NCBI GenBank assembly: GCA_951406725.2
Contig: OX597823.1
Span: 39,990,001-40,054,000, forward strand
Source: Octopus vulgaris
Taxonomy: Eukaryota
Reading direction: 5' to 3'
DNA length: 64,000 bases
In this document: piece after piece, positions 1-12,507 of the stretch
Position numbering within the stretch: the first letter of the stretch is position 1
How the letters are laid out: each line of letters opens with the position of its first letter
Position numbers and translations under genes: made by a program
Notes under the pieces: generated by a model
Told to the model about the DNA's origin: nothing
Database searches by the model: none
The model's input: the letters and a program-made list of their open reading frames with translations, nothing else

Positions 1-205
1 ATGTGCATGTGTGTGTCTTTTAATTTATCCTCCTTTCCCCCTACATTATAAATGGAATTGGTTTGTTTACATCCCTGTAACTTAGCAGTTTGGCAAAAGA
101 GACCAACAAAATAAGCACCAGAGATGTTAAACAAAGTAAGTACTGGGTCAATTTGTTTGACAATTCTTCAGCATAGCCACAGTCCACTGACTGAAGCAAA
201 TAAAG
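1..205 (+). mobile_element. SINE family B, 3' part, CpG-decayed
   Basis: Matches the tail '...gtttacgtccccgtaacttagcggttcggcaaaagagaccgatag...' of intact copies at 43489-43890 and 58829-59235, with CpG changed to TpG/CpA. Confidence 0.8.
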
Positions 206-1190
206 TAAAACATTTTACTTTACTATTACCACAGGCAAGAATATCAAAATGTAATTTAAGAGAGCACCTGGACCTTGTTGAAGAAATGTTACAGGTGACA
301 CCGGTTAAATTGACTTCAATTACTGTTCAAATACATACTGAATAGACATTAGCCAGGTCTGAACTCTAGGTCTCTGAGTTGGTATTCTAAAACCAGCTAT
401 TTAAGTTCTCTGTCTATGAATAGGGGCACATGTAGAATAACATTAAATATACTTAAATAACTAATGTGTGTGTGGATATCTGAGTATGAGTGTGCGTGTG
501 TATGTGTATCTGAGTATGTGCGCATATGTATCTCTGAGTGCGTATATATTACCCTCTTGAGGTATGGACGACAATTCTTTTTGCTCCGCTCGTCGTTCAC
601 AAAAAAATCCGCGTTCGCAATACTTTTTTTCGTTCGGCGTTAACAGCCCTTCTTATCTTGTTCTTCCTTGTCCTGTCTTTTACTGTTTATAATTTGTACT
701 GTTGTTACTGTCCTGTTTTTGTTACCATTTTTTACCCTTCTGCGAAAAGATCTCAGAATTTTAATTAATTTGCTTTTCGCAGGAAGGAAAGTTTCTTGTC
801 GAAGATACATCTCACTTTCACCTTCGAAACGTAGAGTAGATGAAACCATAGCAACTGAAGAAGGGGTTTTTTTCTTTGTGTTAATTGTCCTCTACTCTAT
901 TTTTTTGTTGTTTAAAAAAATGTCCAGTTCCTTTGGTTTGTGTCTATGTTTTCGTTTCTCATTGTGTTCGACATCTTTTTGGTGTCCTGTACTCATATAT
1001 GCCTGTGTATATGTACATGTAGAGGTAGGTACGTACATATATGTTTATATATATGCATATTTTTAATTTTTATTTATTAATATATATATATGTATAGGGG
1101 GAGAATTCACAAAAAAGAAACAAAAGACGAAGACGGGTGGTGTAGACAGCAAACAGATGTATTAGTTTAACATCCGGGAAGTGAAAACGT

Positions 1191-1226
1191 CTTTAACATT
1201 TCGAGCCTACGCTCTTCCACAGAAAG
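1191..1226 (-). ncRNA. Minimal hammerhead-like motif, A6U core variant, inside a TA-flanked insert (~1096-1248)
   Basis: Minus strand: CUUU-CUGUGGA-A-GAGC(GUAG)GCUC-GAAA-UGU-U-AAAG; stem I CUUU/AAAG, stem II 4 bp. Confidence 0.55.
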
Positions 1227-1289
1227 GAACACAGAAAGAAACAAAGAGATATATATATATTTGAGTGCACATATGTTGAATCCATGTAT

Positions 1290-1505
1290 ATGAGCGATGG
1301 CTAGAAGTATATTGAGTTCTTCATAACCAGCTGATCTAGCAAGCGGAGCCTCATATCAGTGAGGGGGGCCGGTGCGCATTGATGCCGTTGAGAGGTAGGC
1401 CCCGAAACGGTGCGCATTCTCTCCTGATGACCCCATACACTTGCTAGCTTCCGATATACGGAGCTTTTAACTGGTAGCACTTGCATGTGCAAGTTGTTTG
1501 CAAGA
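1290..1505. repeat. Unclassified dispersed repeat, second copy at 45645-45862
   Basis: Colinear similarity (atgagcgatggctagaag...ctagcaagcgg...gaaacggt...ttgctagc...aagttgttt) between the two loci. Confidence 0.8.
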
Positions 1506-2812
1506 CATCTGAGCATGTGTATATGTGTGCATATGCACATGTGTTCATGCATCTATCTGTAAAAACAGATATAAACCCAATATATATGGATGTGTTTATC
1601 AATCAATGAAAACATACTAAAACTGGTGTCATGCATGCATGTATATTTCTCGCAGCTAGACCACAATGCCAACTGTACTGGAGATCAGTTAATTACTGCT
1701 TGAAATAATCCAAGTTTATGTTACCTATTTTGTTAGTCTTACAAGAATGGATTTCATCTTGGTACAGATGAAATCAAAACATTAGACACCAAACCAGAGG
1801 CTAGTAAACAACTGCGTCAGTTTTGCTACCATTTGTATGTATTTCACTAACCCACACACCTCTCACAAACAGATGAAGTAAACATCGCAGAAACTGCAGA
1901 GGCTACTCAGAAGTGTTTCAAGCTCTTCTAATTTCATCTCAATGTTGGAATCCCTTCTGTACTGTTGGCAGGTATCTCAGGGTCACAAGCAAAACTAGTA
2001 AACATCAACATAGTTTTACTATCACTATCCCACCCAATCAACTTGCAAGTATAAAGCATAACAAGCTACCAAGTACTCCAACAACAGGTCACTGAACATA
2101 TATTATAGCAGTTAGTGAGATCATTGTTCATAGAGATAGGGTTTCTAAGTACTCCTGCTAGAAGGTGCCACTCCTCAGATTGAAGATACAGCTTGTCTAA
2201 GTTCCACTAATGAAAATTTGCTTTATTATCAGCCTTCATTTACCAAAATTCTTGGCATTATATTTGCTACAGCAGACATGCACGCACACACAAACACATA
2301 CAGATCATCTGCTGGCTACTGTAGTAAAATGTTAACAACCTATTAAGAATGCCAGACATACATTTTTTGTTCTTCCACTTATTAAAAACTAACAATCTAC
2401 TTAATTATTAAACTCTACATTAGGCCATTTATAAAAACAAGCAGCAACAATAAGAGAAATTAAGGACAGTAGATCTAGTACCAAAATTCAATACACTAAA
2501 TCAATAAATTCTATATCTGTTCACCCACTGCATCACTTTCAAATCAGCATTCATAGAATTTATTCTTCAGGCAAATTTTGTAGTAAGTTATTGTGGCATT
2601 TTACTGGTTTATTTTCACTACAAGGCTTGCAGTTTGGCTCCAATTCTTAGTTGGAAATGCTTAATTTCAGTCTGTTAAGAAGGTCCCTCAATAACCATGT
2701 TGTGTATTCTTCTACAGTCCTGGGCTGACCAAAATCTCATAAGTGGATATTGGTAGATGGAAGCTAAAAGAAGCCCATGCATGTGTGTGTGTGTGTGTGT
2801 GTGTGTATCTAC

Positions 2813-2938
<126 letters not shown>

Positions 2939-3025
2939 TGTATGTATGTATAGACAGATAGATAGATATAGATAGATACATACACACACACACATATATA
3001 TATATAGATATACATACATACATAA

Positions 3026-3058
<33 letters not shown>

Positions 3059-3062
3059 CACG

Positions 3063-3937
3063 CAGGGTGTAATGGGTAAATTGTTGCCATTTTATATTTT
3101 TAATTTTGCACAATGTTTGTTTTTGATTTTGTTGACTAGACAATATAGTAGGGTTAGTGGGACACTGTCTGTGAGAAAAAAAACAGCACCATGATGCAGT
3201 TCACTCTGCCAGAAATTTGGAAAAGAAATGCTGTACTGCTTAGCATTTGCATTGAAAACTCCAATATGAACATTTTAGTGTTTGGGTGTCAATCTGAGGA
3301 CAGTGCAATCTGATGACATATACTGAGAGTGATACAAATCAAACATCCAGTCAACATCAGGGTGTTTGGAGTGATCACTTGTGATGGCAACGTTATACCT
3401 TGATTCATCTTCCCACACAGCCCCAGACTCAACACGGAGGCCTACATCAAGTGCCTGGAGGAGGTAGTGCTGCCCTGGATCAAGAGAGTGGTTGCTGGAA
3501 GACTCGATGTCTAGGAACAGGACTCTGCACCATGCCACACAAGGAGAACCCAGTCATGGCTGTCAGACAATATCTGTGACGACATCACCCCTAATATCTG
3601 GTCACATAACTCCCCAGATTGCAACCCTATTGATTATAATGTGTTGGGCGCAGTTGAGCAAAAGACCAACAAAACTCTTTGTAACATCAAAGGTGTACTA
3701 AAAGCAAAGATTATGGCAGCATTCACCAACTTAAACAAGGAGACTGTCCAGAAGAGCTGCAGGAGATTCGGAAGTTGTCTGGAGGCCATGGTTGGAGCCA
3801 ATGGCGATTTTATTGAATATATTTGCTCTTTAGTATTTCAAGATATTTTCATGTAATTTTGGTAAATATATGTTAAATGAGATGTCAGTGTTATTTTCAT
3901 TTATGCGTAATTTAGACAGTTTGTTCACCACACACTG
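3063..3937 (+). mobile_element. Internally deleted maT (DD37D, Tc1/mariner superfamily) transposon relic
   Basis: Translates to QDSAPCHT..WSHNSPDCNPIDY; D-D spacing is 37 in the consensus with copy 2; degenerate TIRs cagggtgt.../...cacacactg. Confidence 0.85.
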
Positions 3938-4008
3938 AATATGTATATATATATATATATATATATATGAAAGAAGGTTTGAAAATGCAATTTTAAAGAT
4001 GTTTATTC

Positions 4009-4050
4009 ACTTGACCGGTTTCACTTTTTTAGAAAAAGATTGTCAAAACT
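4009..4050 (-). ncRNA. Hammerhead ribozyme motif, U3:A8 variant (left arm)
   Basis: AGUU-UUGACAA-UCUUUUUCUAAAAAAGU-GAAA-CCGGU-C-AAGU; palindromic stem III ACCGGU, GUC site. Confidence 0.65.
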
Positions 4051-4209
4051 AAAATGTAAAGCTTTGTATGAGCTTTGTTGTGTTAAGTACTGGTTATCAC
4101 AAAAATATTAAAATACATATATACATTCTTTGATAATAATAGGAAAATGTTAGAAACATTTTACAAGAAAGTATTAACACAATAAAGCTCATACAAAGCT
4201 TTACATTTT

Positions 4210-4251
4210 ACTTTTGACAATCTTCTTCTAAAAAAGTGAAATTGGTCAAGT
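4210..4251 (+). ncRNA. Hammerhead ribozyme motif, U3:A8 variant (right arm)
   Basis: ACUU-UUGACAA-stem II-GAAA-UUGGU-C-AAGU; stem I ACUU/AAGU intact, stem III mutated. Confidence 0.6.
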
Positions 4252-4335
4252 GAATAAACATCTTTAAAATTGCATTTTCAAACCTTCTTTATATATATTT
4301 CCACTTATGCAGTACCTTACAACTTTACTTTGTTA

Positions 4336-4375
<40 letters not shown>

Positions 4376-4556
4376 CACACACACATGACCATCTTTATAC
4401 ACATACTTATACATCATCATCATTTAGCATCTGCTTTCCATACTGGCATGGGTTTAATAATGTGTGTATATATAGGTATGTATGTATGTATGTATGTATG
4501 TATGTATGTATGTATGTATGTGTGTATGTATGTATGTATGTATGTATGTGTGTGTG

Positions 4557-4599
<43 letters not shown>

Positions 4600-4600
<1 letters not shown>

Positions 4601-4991
4601 TAGCAGTATCGCCCGGCGTTGCTCGGGTTTGTAGGAAATAATTATATAAGCATTTTTAGAGATGTAAAGTATAATAGCCATCTCAATATGGCTAACCACA
4701 AAGGGGGAGGGTGTTACTGTAGCTTTTTACGTTCTGAGATTTAATAATAAATTTTAGAGAGTTACTTCCCTTATATATGTCAAAAATGGATTAAAAATGG
4801 GAAAAATTGATGGTAAATTTTTTTTTAAATCGTAGACTCATCGTAGACGCGCGCTAATACCCAGACGGTCTCGATATGAATCACGACTATAAGATACCCG
4901 GTTTTGGTTAAACTGCACCGCAAAATGTGGGAGTAGTTAGGAATCTAAATCGTAGGAGACAGACACACAACCTCACTTTTATATATAAAGA
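4600..4991 (-). mobile_element. Non-autonomous Helitron
   Basis: Minus strand starts 5'-TC and ends hairpin (cccgagcaacgccggg) + CTAG-3'; inserted between A and T with no TSD; 3' end shared with 36309-36689. Confidence 0.8.
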
Positions 4992-5090
4992 TTTCCTCTA
5001 TTTACATAATATTGAGGTCTCTTTCTTTCTTTTGTTATCTTACTGTTTTTACCAATATAAATATATATATATATATATAAATATATATAT

Positions 5091-5414
5091 AGTTACAGAG
5101 ATGTACTTGCATAGCAAGTGACTTGAGCTGAGATCGTGTGCTGGAACGAAAACAGTTGCAGCGTGGAAGGTGTTTGTAAGCCATTTAAGAAACACACAAA
5201 AACCGTTAGATTCACTTCAACATTTAAATTTAATTTGTGAAAATATTTTCGTCGCTTTGAGACAGCAACCTGTTAGCACGATATTTTTGTCAGTGAACAG
5301 GTCGCGGTCTGAAAGCGACGAAAATATTTTGGCAAATTAAATTTAAATGTTGAAGTGAATGTAACGGTTTTTGTGTGTTTCTTAAATGGCTTACAAACAC
5401 CTTCCACGCTGCAA
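5091..5414. mobile_element. Fold-back element (arms 5156-5274 and 5296-5414 plus tail), Penelope-like derivative
   Basis: ~119-bp inverted arms flanked by (TA)n; hammerhead motif spans the spacer and right arm. Confidence 0.8.
5286..5336 (+). ncRNA. Hammerhead ribozyme motif, G3:C8 variant
   Basis: UUUGUCA-GUGAACA-G-GUCGC(9 nt)GCGAC-GAAA-AUAUU-U-UGGCAAA; 7-bp stem I, 5-bp stem II, palindromic stem III AAUAUU. Confidence 0.7.
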
Positions 5415-5776
5415 TATATATATACACACATATATATATATGTATGTATGTATGTGTGTATATGTGTATGCATGTATGTGTGTGTGTGTGCGTGTCTGTG
5501 CTTGTGATTGTCCTCCACCACTGCTTGACAACGAATGTTGGTTTGTTTACATCCCTGTCACCTAGTGGTTTGACAAAGGAAACAGATAGAATAAGTACAA
5601 TGCTTACAAAAATAAAACTGGAGTTGATTCATTAAACTACAATTCTTCAAGGCATTGCCCCAGCATGGCCACAGACCAATGGCTGGAAAAAGCAGAAGAA
5701 TAAAAGAATACATTCTCTGCTTTGGTCATATGTTGAAGGCATGAGAAAGCTTGTGTTTACATGAGAAGGCCTAACA

Positions 5777-6146
5777 GACCTGGTAGAAACAGCAGCCAAA
5801 TCTCCCTCAAATCACACCTTACTGTCTTATGTATGTATATATATGAGCCAATGAGGGGGACCTCTACATGGTAGCTAGACCTGGTAGAAATAGCAGCCAA
5901 ATTTCCCCCAAATCACACCTTACTGTCTTATCTATGTATATATGTATGTATGAGCCTATGAGGGAGACCCCTACATGGCAGCTAGACCTGGTAGAAATAG
6001 CAGCCAAATTTCCCCCAAATCACACCTTACTGTCTTATCTATGTATATATGTATGTATGAACCTATGAGGGAGACCCCTACATGGCAGCTAGACATGGTA
6101 GAAATAGCAGCCAAATCTCCCTCAAATCACACCTTACTGTCTTATC
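5777..6146. repeat. Tandem repeat, ~107-bp unit, ~3.5 copies
   Basis: Repeated 'agacctggtagaaatagcagccaaat...aaatcacaccttactgtcttat'; diverged single copies near 24730 and 36230. Confidence 0.9.
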
Positions 6147-6674
6147 TTTCTGCTACTTGGATATAGGTGTTATATTCGTCGTAAAAAAACTTTCCTGTCA
6201 CACACTCACGCACACGCACACACACACACACACGCACCCTCACACACACACACACGCGCACACCCACACACACCCACTGACACACACGCACGTTAGCTTA
6301 CAATTTTATTTATATATTTGCGTGCTGTGTGGAAAGAGGAAGTGGGAGGCAGAGTGAAAGAATCACTCACTACAGTAAGTCAATTACTTTCATTTTATTC
6401 GTTGCCCACTGTGTGTGTGCGTTTGCGTGTGCTGTAAACCAGACTAAGAAAAGCATTTGACACACACACCAGAATGTGAGTTTTCTGTAAATTTTGCTTA
6501 ACTGGAGTTTAAATTTTAAAAACTGGACCTGGCATGACGCGATGCATTGTACTCTCAAAAATGCAAGGTAAATTGTAATTGAAGAAATCCTAGAAAACAA
6601 AAAAACACAACAATGCAAGGACGTGGAACAAATAAAGTATTATTGGATGCTCAGGAAAGAAGGGAAGAAGGAGG

Positions 6675-6709
6675 GTTTAACGTTTCGAGTGGAGCTCTTC
6701 ATCAGAAAC
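6675..6709 (-). ncRNA. Minimal hammerhead ribozyme motif (canonical core) in insert ~6590-6780
   Basis: GUUU-CUGAUGA-A-GAG(CUCCA)CUC-GAAA-CGU-U-AAAC; loopless palindromic ACGU stem III. Confidence 0.75.
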
Positions 6710-7175
6710 ATAGGAGAAGGAAAGATCCCGAGAAGGGAAGTCAGAGGAAAAAAAATCGCCAGTGGTACTCACGAGGTCATGCATACATATAAATATATAC
6801 ATATACACAAATACATAATACATAATGAAGGAGTGAAACAGAGCTTGTGTGTATGTGTGTGTGTGTGTGTTTATTAGCAAAATGACCCATCTAGGATACA
6901 ATAAAATTTATTTCAACATGTGTTCACAACAAGAATCTTGTAAACAAAATACAAAAATGAAATAGTAAAACTGTATTTTCTACTTTAGTGCCACACTTTC
7001 TCAATATAAAATAATAATTCAAAGAAGGTAAAAGGAAAACTAGTCTTAATTTATGAGATAACTTGGACTAACTTTCCTGAAAGCAGTCTATGAATTTCAT
7101 CATGTGTTTTGGGCTTCTTTAGTTCAATATCCATTATATATTTTTCAAATGAGATTATTCTGGAAAATAGTGAAG

Positions 7176-7426
7176 TGTTTCCTTCTGGAGCTATGCCAGA
7201 CTCATAAGGGCCAGTTTCCCGGTTTCAGTGGTGTATAAATTCCCTCACCTGGACGGGACACTGATCTGTCTCAGGATTACTCATTTTTGCCAGCTAAGTG
7301 GACTGGAGCAATGTGAAATGAAGTGTTTTGCTCAAGAACACAATGTATCACCCGGTCCAGGAATCGAAACCACACACTTACGATCATGAGTCTAACACCC
7401 TAACCATTAAGCAACGTGCCTCCACA
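7176..7426 (-). mobile_element. tRNA-derived SINE family C
   Basis: Head gtggaggcac...tggttaggg with B box ggtttcgattcc; 13-bp TSD gaaaatagtgaag. Confidence 0.85.
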
Positions 7427-8624
7427 GAAAATAGTGAAGCTTGAGGTAAATTAGGCAAGTCTGCAATACAGCAATGTTAAAATAAAGCTAAACTATGCTG
7501 ATGTGTGCATTAAAATGAACCAATCTACACTGATTTTTAAAATATAAACAATTTTTAGAAGTAAATCAGTAAACAAAAAAAGTACATGACAAAACAGCAA
7601 TGAGAATAAGGTCATATAAAATGGAAGCAACAGAAAAGAATTTCAAGAAGCTAGCAATTAGGAAATAAGCTGACAAGATAGTAAGGTTCGTAAATTACTA
7701 GAGTTAAATAATCTAGATAACACCACTTTTATGAATAAGGAATCTAGAGGAAATAATTTTCAAGCAAATATTCCCATGAAAGAATTTTTAGATTTTTAAA
7801 GATAAAGAAAGAAAAAAAAAACAAATGAAGTAAAACAGAAAAATAATATCAACATCATTATTATTAATTAGTTTTATACTAATTACTGTTGGTAGAAAAT
7901 TATCTCACAACACTGCTAGATGAGTAACTGATACCTTTCTGCATTGGCCAAACTCACAACCCCTAAATCCTCAGTAGTTTATTCACGATTGCACTGCAGC
8001 TGTACAAGGGAGGAACACTGCACCCACGTATACTAAGAGGAAAGGAGACTTCTCTACCTTTGTGAATCATATGGCCTGCAAGCTGTCTCACCTTTCAAAT
8101 TGCAACCAGCCCTTCTGAGCCCTTGCCAAGATATCTCTTCTTACTTGGTAAAATATTCATACTTACCAATCCTCAACCAAAATGACTATGTAAATAACAC
8201 CCAAATAGATAAAAAAAAAAAAATAGTTTGCATCCCATTTTATTTTCAATTCTACATTGCACACACAATGCCCCTCCCAAATTCCTCATCTCCAATATTG
8301 GATAATTATTTCAGTCAATGGATAATTATTTCAGTATGTTACCACACACCTAATTTTTCTTTCTTGAATATCTCCCAAAAGATAAATTGAATTGTCACTA
8401 AAAGAAATGCTAGATTTGACTGAGTTGTCCTCAAAGGATTTCTACCCATTTAAAGAAGCCACAAATATTCACATAAAAAAAATATAGTATCACAATGCCT
8501 TTTATATCATTGTCATTTTAATGTCACCTTTTTTCATGTCTTCATTGGTCAGAGAGAATTTGTTGAGACAGGTTTTTACTGTGACCAGCTGCCCTTCTTG
8601 TTGCTGTTACGAAGTAAGGTAAGT

Positions 8625-8762
8625 GGAAGTGCAAAGAATTGGGGATGAAATATGTATCGTTCTGCTTTCAAGTGCTTATACAGCAGCCTAGATGGAAGAG
8701 TGATAGAGAGATGGGCATTAAGGGGGATGAGATGTAGGGAATGCTTGATGGGGCAGATTCCT
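8625..8762. repeat. Unclassified dispersed repeat, inverted copy at ~13583-13727
   Basis: gatgggcattaaggggatgagatgt...ggaatgcttgatg is reverse-complemented at ~13590-13630. Confidence 0.75.
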
Positions 8763-9191
8763 TTCATGCTGAACTTTTCTTTCAATGCATTAGCACTGTC
8801 GCATATGCAAACTAATCAGCATACTAGCTTCATTCCTCCCTAATCTTCGCATGTCCGCTACACACACACACACACACACCCACACATATATATTACCCAA
8901 TAACCATATTTCTTCAAGAACTTAGTTTTGATGTTTTAACAATCCTAAATTCCTGTTACCTGGAGTTTTTCTAGCATTGCCATTTTATGAGTCATCAGAA
9001 TCAACACTCCATGTTTGTATGGGATGGGTGCAGTTTGAAGTTGGTCGTCTATGACTAGATGCTCTTCCTGTCACCAACCTTCGTCCATTTCCAGGCAAGA
9101 TAATATTTCCCCTTGACCAGACATGTTTTGCAGAATATTGTTATCAAGCGGTGGTGGAGGACAAACACAGACACAAAGACACACACACACA

Positions 9192-9398
9192 TATTTCTTT
9201 ATTGCCCACAAGGGGCTAAACATAGAGGGGACAAACAAGGACAGACAAAGGGATTAAATTGATTACTTTATTTATTGACCCCGAAAGGATGAAAGGCAAA
9301 GTCGACCTCGGCGGAATTTGAACTCAGAACGTAACGGCAGACAAAATACCGCTAAGCATTTCGCCCGGCGTGTTAATGTTTCTGCCAGCTCGCTGCCT
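9192..9398 (-). mobile_element. tRNA-derived SINE family A
   Basis: Head ggcagcgagctggcagaaac, B box gagttcaaattcc, central gcctttcatcctttcggggtc domain; inserted in a (CA)n tract. Confidence 0.9.
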
Positions 9399-9416
9399 TA
9401 CACACACACATATATA

Positions 9417-9998
9417 GTAACAAACTAAGGAAAGGAATTCTTTCAAAGGGGTACATAAAACATCCAATTCACTGGTATATCAGTTGAATACCACATGAAT
9501 ATGGGTATAATGCAAATTACAAACAAATTAAATAGAAAGATTTCATTAATTGACAATCCAATAATTCATTTTTATTATAACATAATATACTATGAATACG
9601 ATATAATATAAGATAACATAAAAAAGAATCATTAAAAAACCAAAATAGCCAAAAGTTTGTTTCGACTTATATACAGTATTTGATTTATAAACAATATGTA
9701 TCCACTTCTAAGTCTCTTCAGAGCTCTGGTTTATAGACAGACTAAATTATGTGTGAAAGGACAGCCGGACTATAAAAAAAATTAATTCAAATGCCTATGT
9801 ATTATGAGCGTGAGCGTTAATCTTTCAACTACATGACAATTAGAATTAAAAAACAGCAAAATTATAATGGACAAAATAATTAAGTAAATAGAATCTACAA
9901 CTATTGAAATATTTTTCTATATATCTCAAATAGTATATTATGTTATATTATAATATGAATAAATTATTAGATTGTCAATTCAATCTCTATTTAATTTA
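9417..9998. mobile_element. Old fold-back element with degenerate hammerhead core (~9648-9730, minus strand)
   Basis: Imperfect inverted arms ~9525-9600 and ~9925-9997; CUGAAGA-GACUUA...UAAGUC-GAAAC present but no clean cleavage triplet. Confidence 0.55.
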
Positions 9999-10016
9999 TA
10001 TATAGATATGTATATA

Positions 10017-10357
10017 TCATCATCATTTAATGTCTGTTTTCCATACTGGCATGGGTTGGACAGTTTGACTGAGGTTTGGAGAGCCAGTGGCTACACCAGG
10101 CTCCAATCTGATCTGGCAATGTTTCTACAGCTGGATGCCCTTCCTAACTAACGCTAACCACTCCAAGAGTGTAGTGGGTGCTTTTTACATGCCACCGGCA
10201 CAGGAGCCAGTCAGCAGGGCCTGGCATCGATCACAGCCAGATAAAGCTTTTTACATGCCACTGGCATGGGAGCCAGTCAGGGGTTATTGGCATCAGCCAT
10301 GCTCGGTTGGTGCTTTTTACATGCCACCGGCATGAGAGCCAGTCAGTGGGTACTGGC

Positions 10358-10358
<1 letters not shown>
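10017..10358 (-). mobile_element. (CAT)n-tailed retroposon fragment (family D) with internal ~65-bp tandem units
   Basis: catcatcatttaatgtc..ttttccat..tggcatgggttggac tail also at ~4412, ~19876 and ~54960; three 'gctttttacatgccac' repeats. Confidence 0.7.
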
Positions 10359-10390
<32 letters not shown>

Positions 10391-11219
10391 AGGGGCTTTT
10401 TCAGTTTCCATCTACCAGATCCACTCACAAGGCTTTGATTTGCCTGAGGCTATAGTACAAGGCACTTGCTCAATGCGTCAAAAGGTAGGACTTAACCTGG
10501 AACCATGTGGTTGGGAAGCAAGCTTCTTACCACACAGCTGCCCCTGCACCTATACATGGTTAATTCAAAACTATGTGAATAAACAAGTATTATATTTGAC
10601 AGAGGAATCTGAATGTTATAGGGTTTATCAACATCATTTTCAGTAACAGCATCAGCTCTGTATCCATCATCCTCCTCCTCCTCATCATCATCATCATCTA
10701 CATCAACACTTTGACATCCAACCACAGGAAAGTTTAGAATTTATTCTTCCAACATAGGAAACAGAAAAGAAAATGTTTACATTAAATTCAAATTCCACTC
10801 AACAGAAATTATGAAACTGTAATTAAAGATGGTTGTTTTTAGATTACATAACTCTTGATGAGTGATATTACTGAGTGATATGTGTGTGTGTGTGTGTATA
10901 AATTATTATTATTATTATTTACATATGATATAATCTTTCTCTCTCTCTCATATTCACACACTTAAGTACACAGAAATAATGTAAAAGATTTTTTTACGTA
11001 TACGTGAATATTGTGATGTCTATTTATTACATTTCATATTTACACATATTCTTTTGCGTGCGCGTGTATACCTACATCTATATATATGCATACAGACATA
11101 ATAAGCTTTCCTAACACACACACACACACATTTTTATATACACACCTATTAGCTCTATTGGTTAAAAAGTATCTATCTACTAAAGCAGAATTCACCACCA
11201 CAGACTTTTTTTTTAATCA

Positions 11220-11550
11220 CAGGTGTGGCTGTGTGGTAAGAAGCTTGCTTCCCACCACATGGTTCTGGATTCAGTCCCACTGCATGGCACCTTGGGCAAA
11301 TGTCTTCTACTATAGCCTTGGGCTGACCAAATCCTTGTGAATGGATTTGGTAGAGAAAAACTGAAAGAAGCCCGTCAGATATTTAAGTGTGAGTGTGTGT
11401 GTGTGTGTTTGTGTGTGTATGTGTGTGTGTGTGTCTTTGTGTCAGTGTTTGTCCCCCCCCACCACTGCTTGACAACTGGTGTTAGTGTGTTTATGTCCCT
11501 GTAACTTAGCAGTTCAGCAAAAACGGACAAATACAATAAGTACTAGGCTT
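11220..11550 (+). mobile_element. SINE family B, CpG-decayed
   Basis: gtggctgtgtggtaag head, ccttgggcaa, internal (TG)n and tail. Confidence 0.85.
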
Positions 11551-11600
11551 ATCTATACATACATACATATATACATACACACACACACATATATATATAT

Positions 11601-12176
11601 ATACACAAATATGAGAGATAGATCCGCAAGGATCCCAGCCACTAAGAATTGTTCTCAAGAAAAATTTAGCACACTATGAACGTAAGTGAGCAGGACAAAT
11701 GAAATTAGGGAATTTGGCGCGCTAGAACGAGGGCATTTGAATATAACTGTGAATATAATAGGCCGAACTGCTCGTGATTTTGACCTCATGTTAATATATA
11801 GCATGCAGTTCGACAAATTATATTTTATGACGACCCTCACCGATGATCTGAGGATTAATTATGTAAGTAAAATTGCATAATTTATTAACAGTGAAACAAT
11901 TGTATGGGGTTAATCTATATTTTTGTTATTTTTAATTTGTACTGCTCGCTTACGTTCATAGTGTGCTAAATTTTTCTTGAGAACAATTCATAGTGGTTGG
12001 GACCCTTGCAGATCTATCTCTAGCGTAAGAGCGTCCACATAGTGGATTCTCTCTCATATTTGTGTATTAATAATATTTACTGAATCTCAGTCCTTTATGC
12101 GCTAGACCACTGGTGTTTAAATTGATGTTGTTAAATTAATATCCAATTTTTTCACCCTCATTTTTGACTTTAATTA
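11601..12176. mobile_element. Fold-back element (arms ~11614-11700 and ~11935-12021 plus tail), Penelope-like derivative
   Basis: Inverted arms between (TA)n tracts; hammerhead motif in the spacer. Confidence 0.75.
11835..11909 (+). ncRNA. Hammerhead motif, U4C core variant with extended stem II
   Basis: CCUCA-CCGAUGA-UCUG...aauuauguaa/uugcauaauu...CAGU-GAAA-CAAUUGU-A-UGGGG; palindromic stem III ACAAUUGU, GUA site. Confidence 0.65.
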
Positions 12177-12189
12177 TATATATATATTA

Positions 12190-12410
12190 TCTTTTTACTC
12201 TTTTACTCTTTTACTTGTTTCAGTCATTTGACTGTGGCCATGCTGGAGCATCGCCTTTAGTCGAGCAAATCGACCCAAGGACTTGTTCTTTGTAAGCCCA
12301 GTACTTATTCTATCGGTCTCTTTTGCCGACCCGCTAAGTGACGGCGACGTAAACACACCAGCATCGGTTGTCAAGCAATGCTAGGGGGACAAACACAGAC
12401 ACACAAACAC

Positions 12411-12450
<40 letters not shown>

Positions 12451-12507
12451 GACAGGCTTCTTTCAGTTTCCGTCTACCAAATCCACTCACAAGGTATTGG
12501 TCTGCCC
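12190..12507 (-). mobile_element. SINE family B (young, lacking head)
   Basis: Reverse complement of the family B body and tail; CpGs largely intact. Confidence 0.85.

Larger units (their letters stand above)
3969..4335. mobile_element. Fold-back element (arms ~3970-4090 and ~4170-4290 plus unpaired tail), Penelope-like derivative
   Basis: ~120-bp near-perfect inverted arms between (TA)n tracts, with a hammerhead motif in each arm. Confidence 0.8.

Noticed and set aside
791-836. Hammerhead-like uuguCGA...GAAACGUA in the 548-1085 insert
   Set aside because: Core and stem II cannot both be drawn consistently.
1355-1432. GAAAC and CUGAUGA motifs in the repeat shared with 45645-45862
   Set aside because: The stems do not close a hammerhead in any permutation. 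The open minus-strand frames differ by many amino-acid changes and match no family I recognise.
5777-6146. Regularly spaced repeats resembling a CRISPR array
   Set aside because: The inter-repeat sequence is also repeated; eukaryotic tandem duplication with no cas genes.
8167-8185. 19-nt minus-strand microexon candidate (tag|...|gtaagt)
   Set aside because: Supported only by splice-like signals, which are expected by chance in 28 kb.
10492-10725. Acidic ORF VGCQSVDVDDDDDEEEEDDGYRADAV... as a possible exon
   Set aside because: Built on a (GAT/GAG)n tract, runs into a SINE, and has no good acceptor in phase with the 22063 donor.
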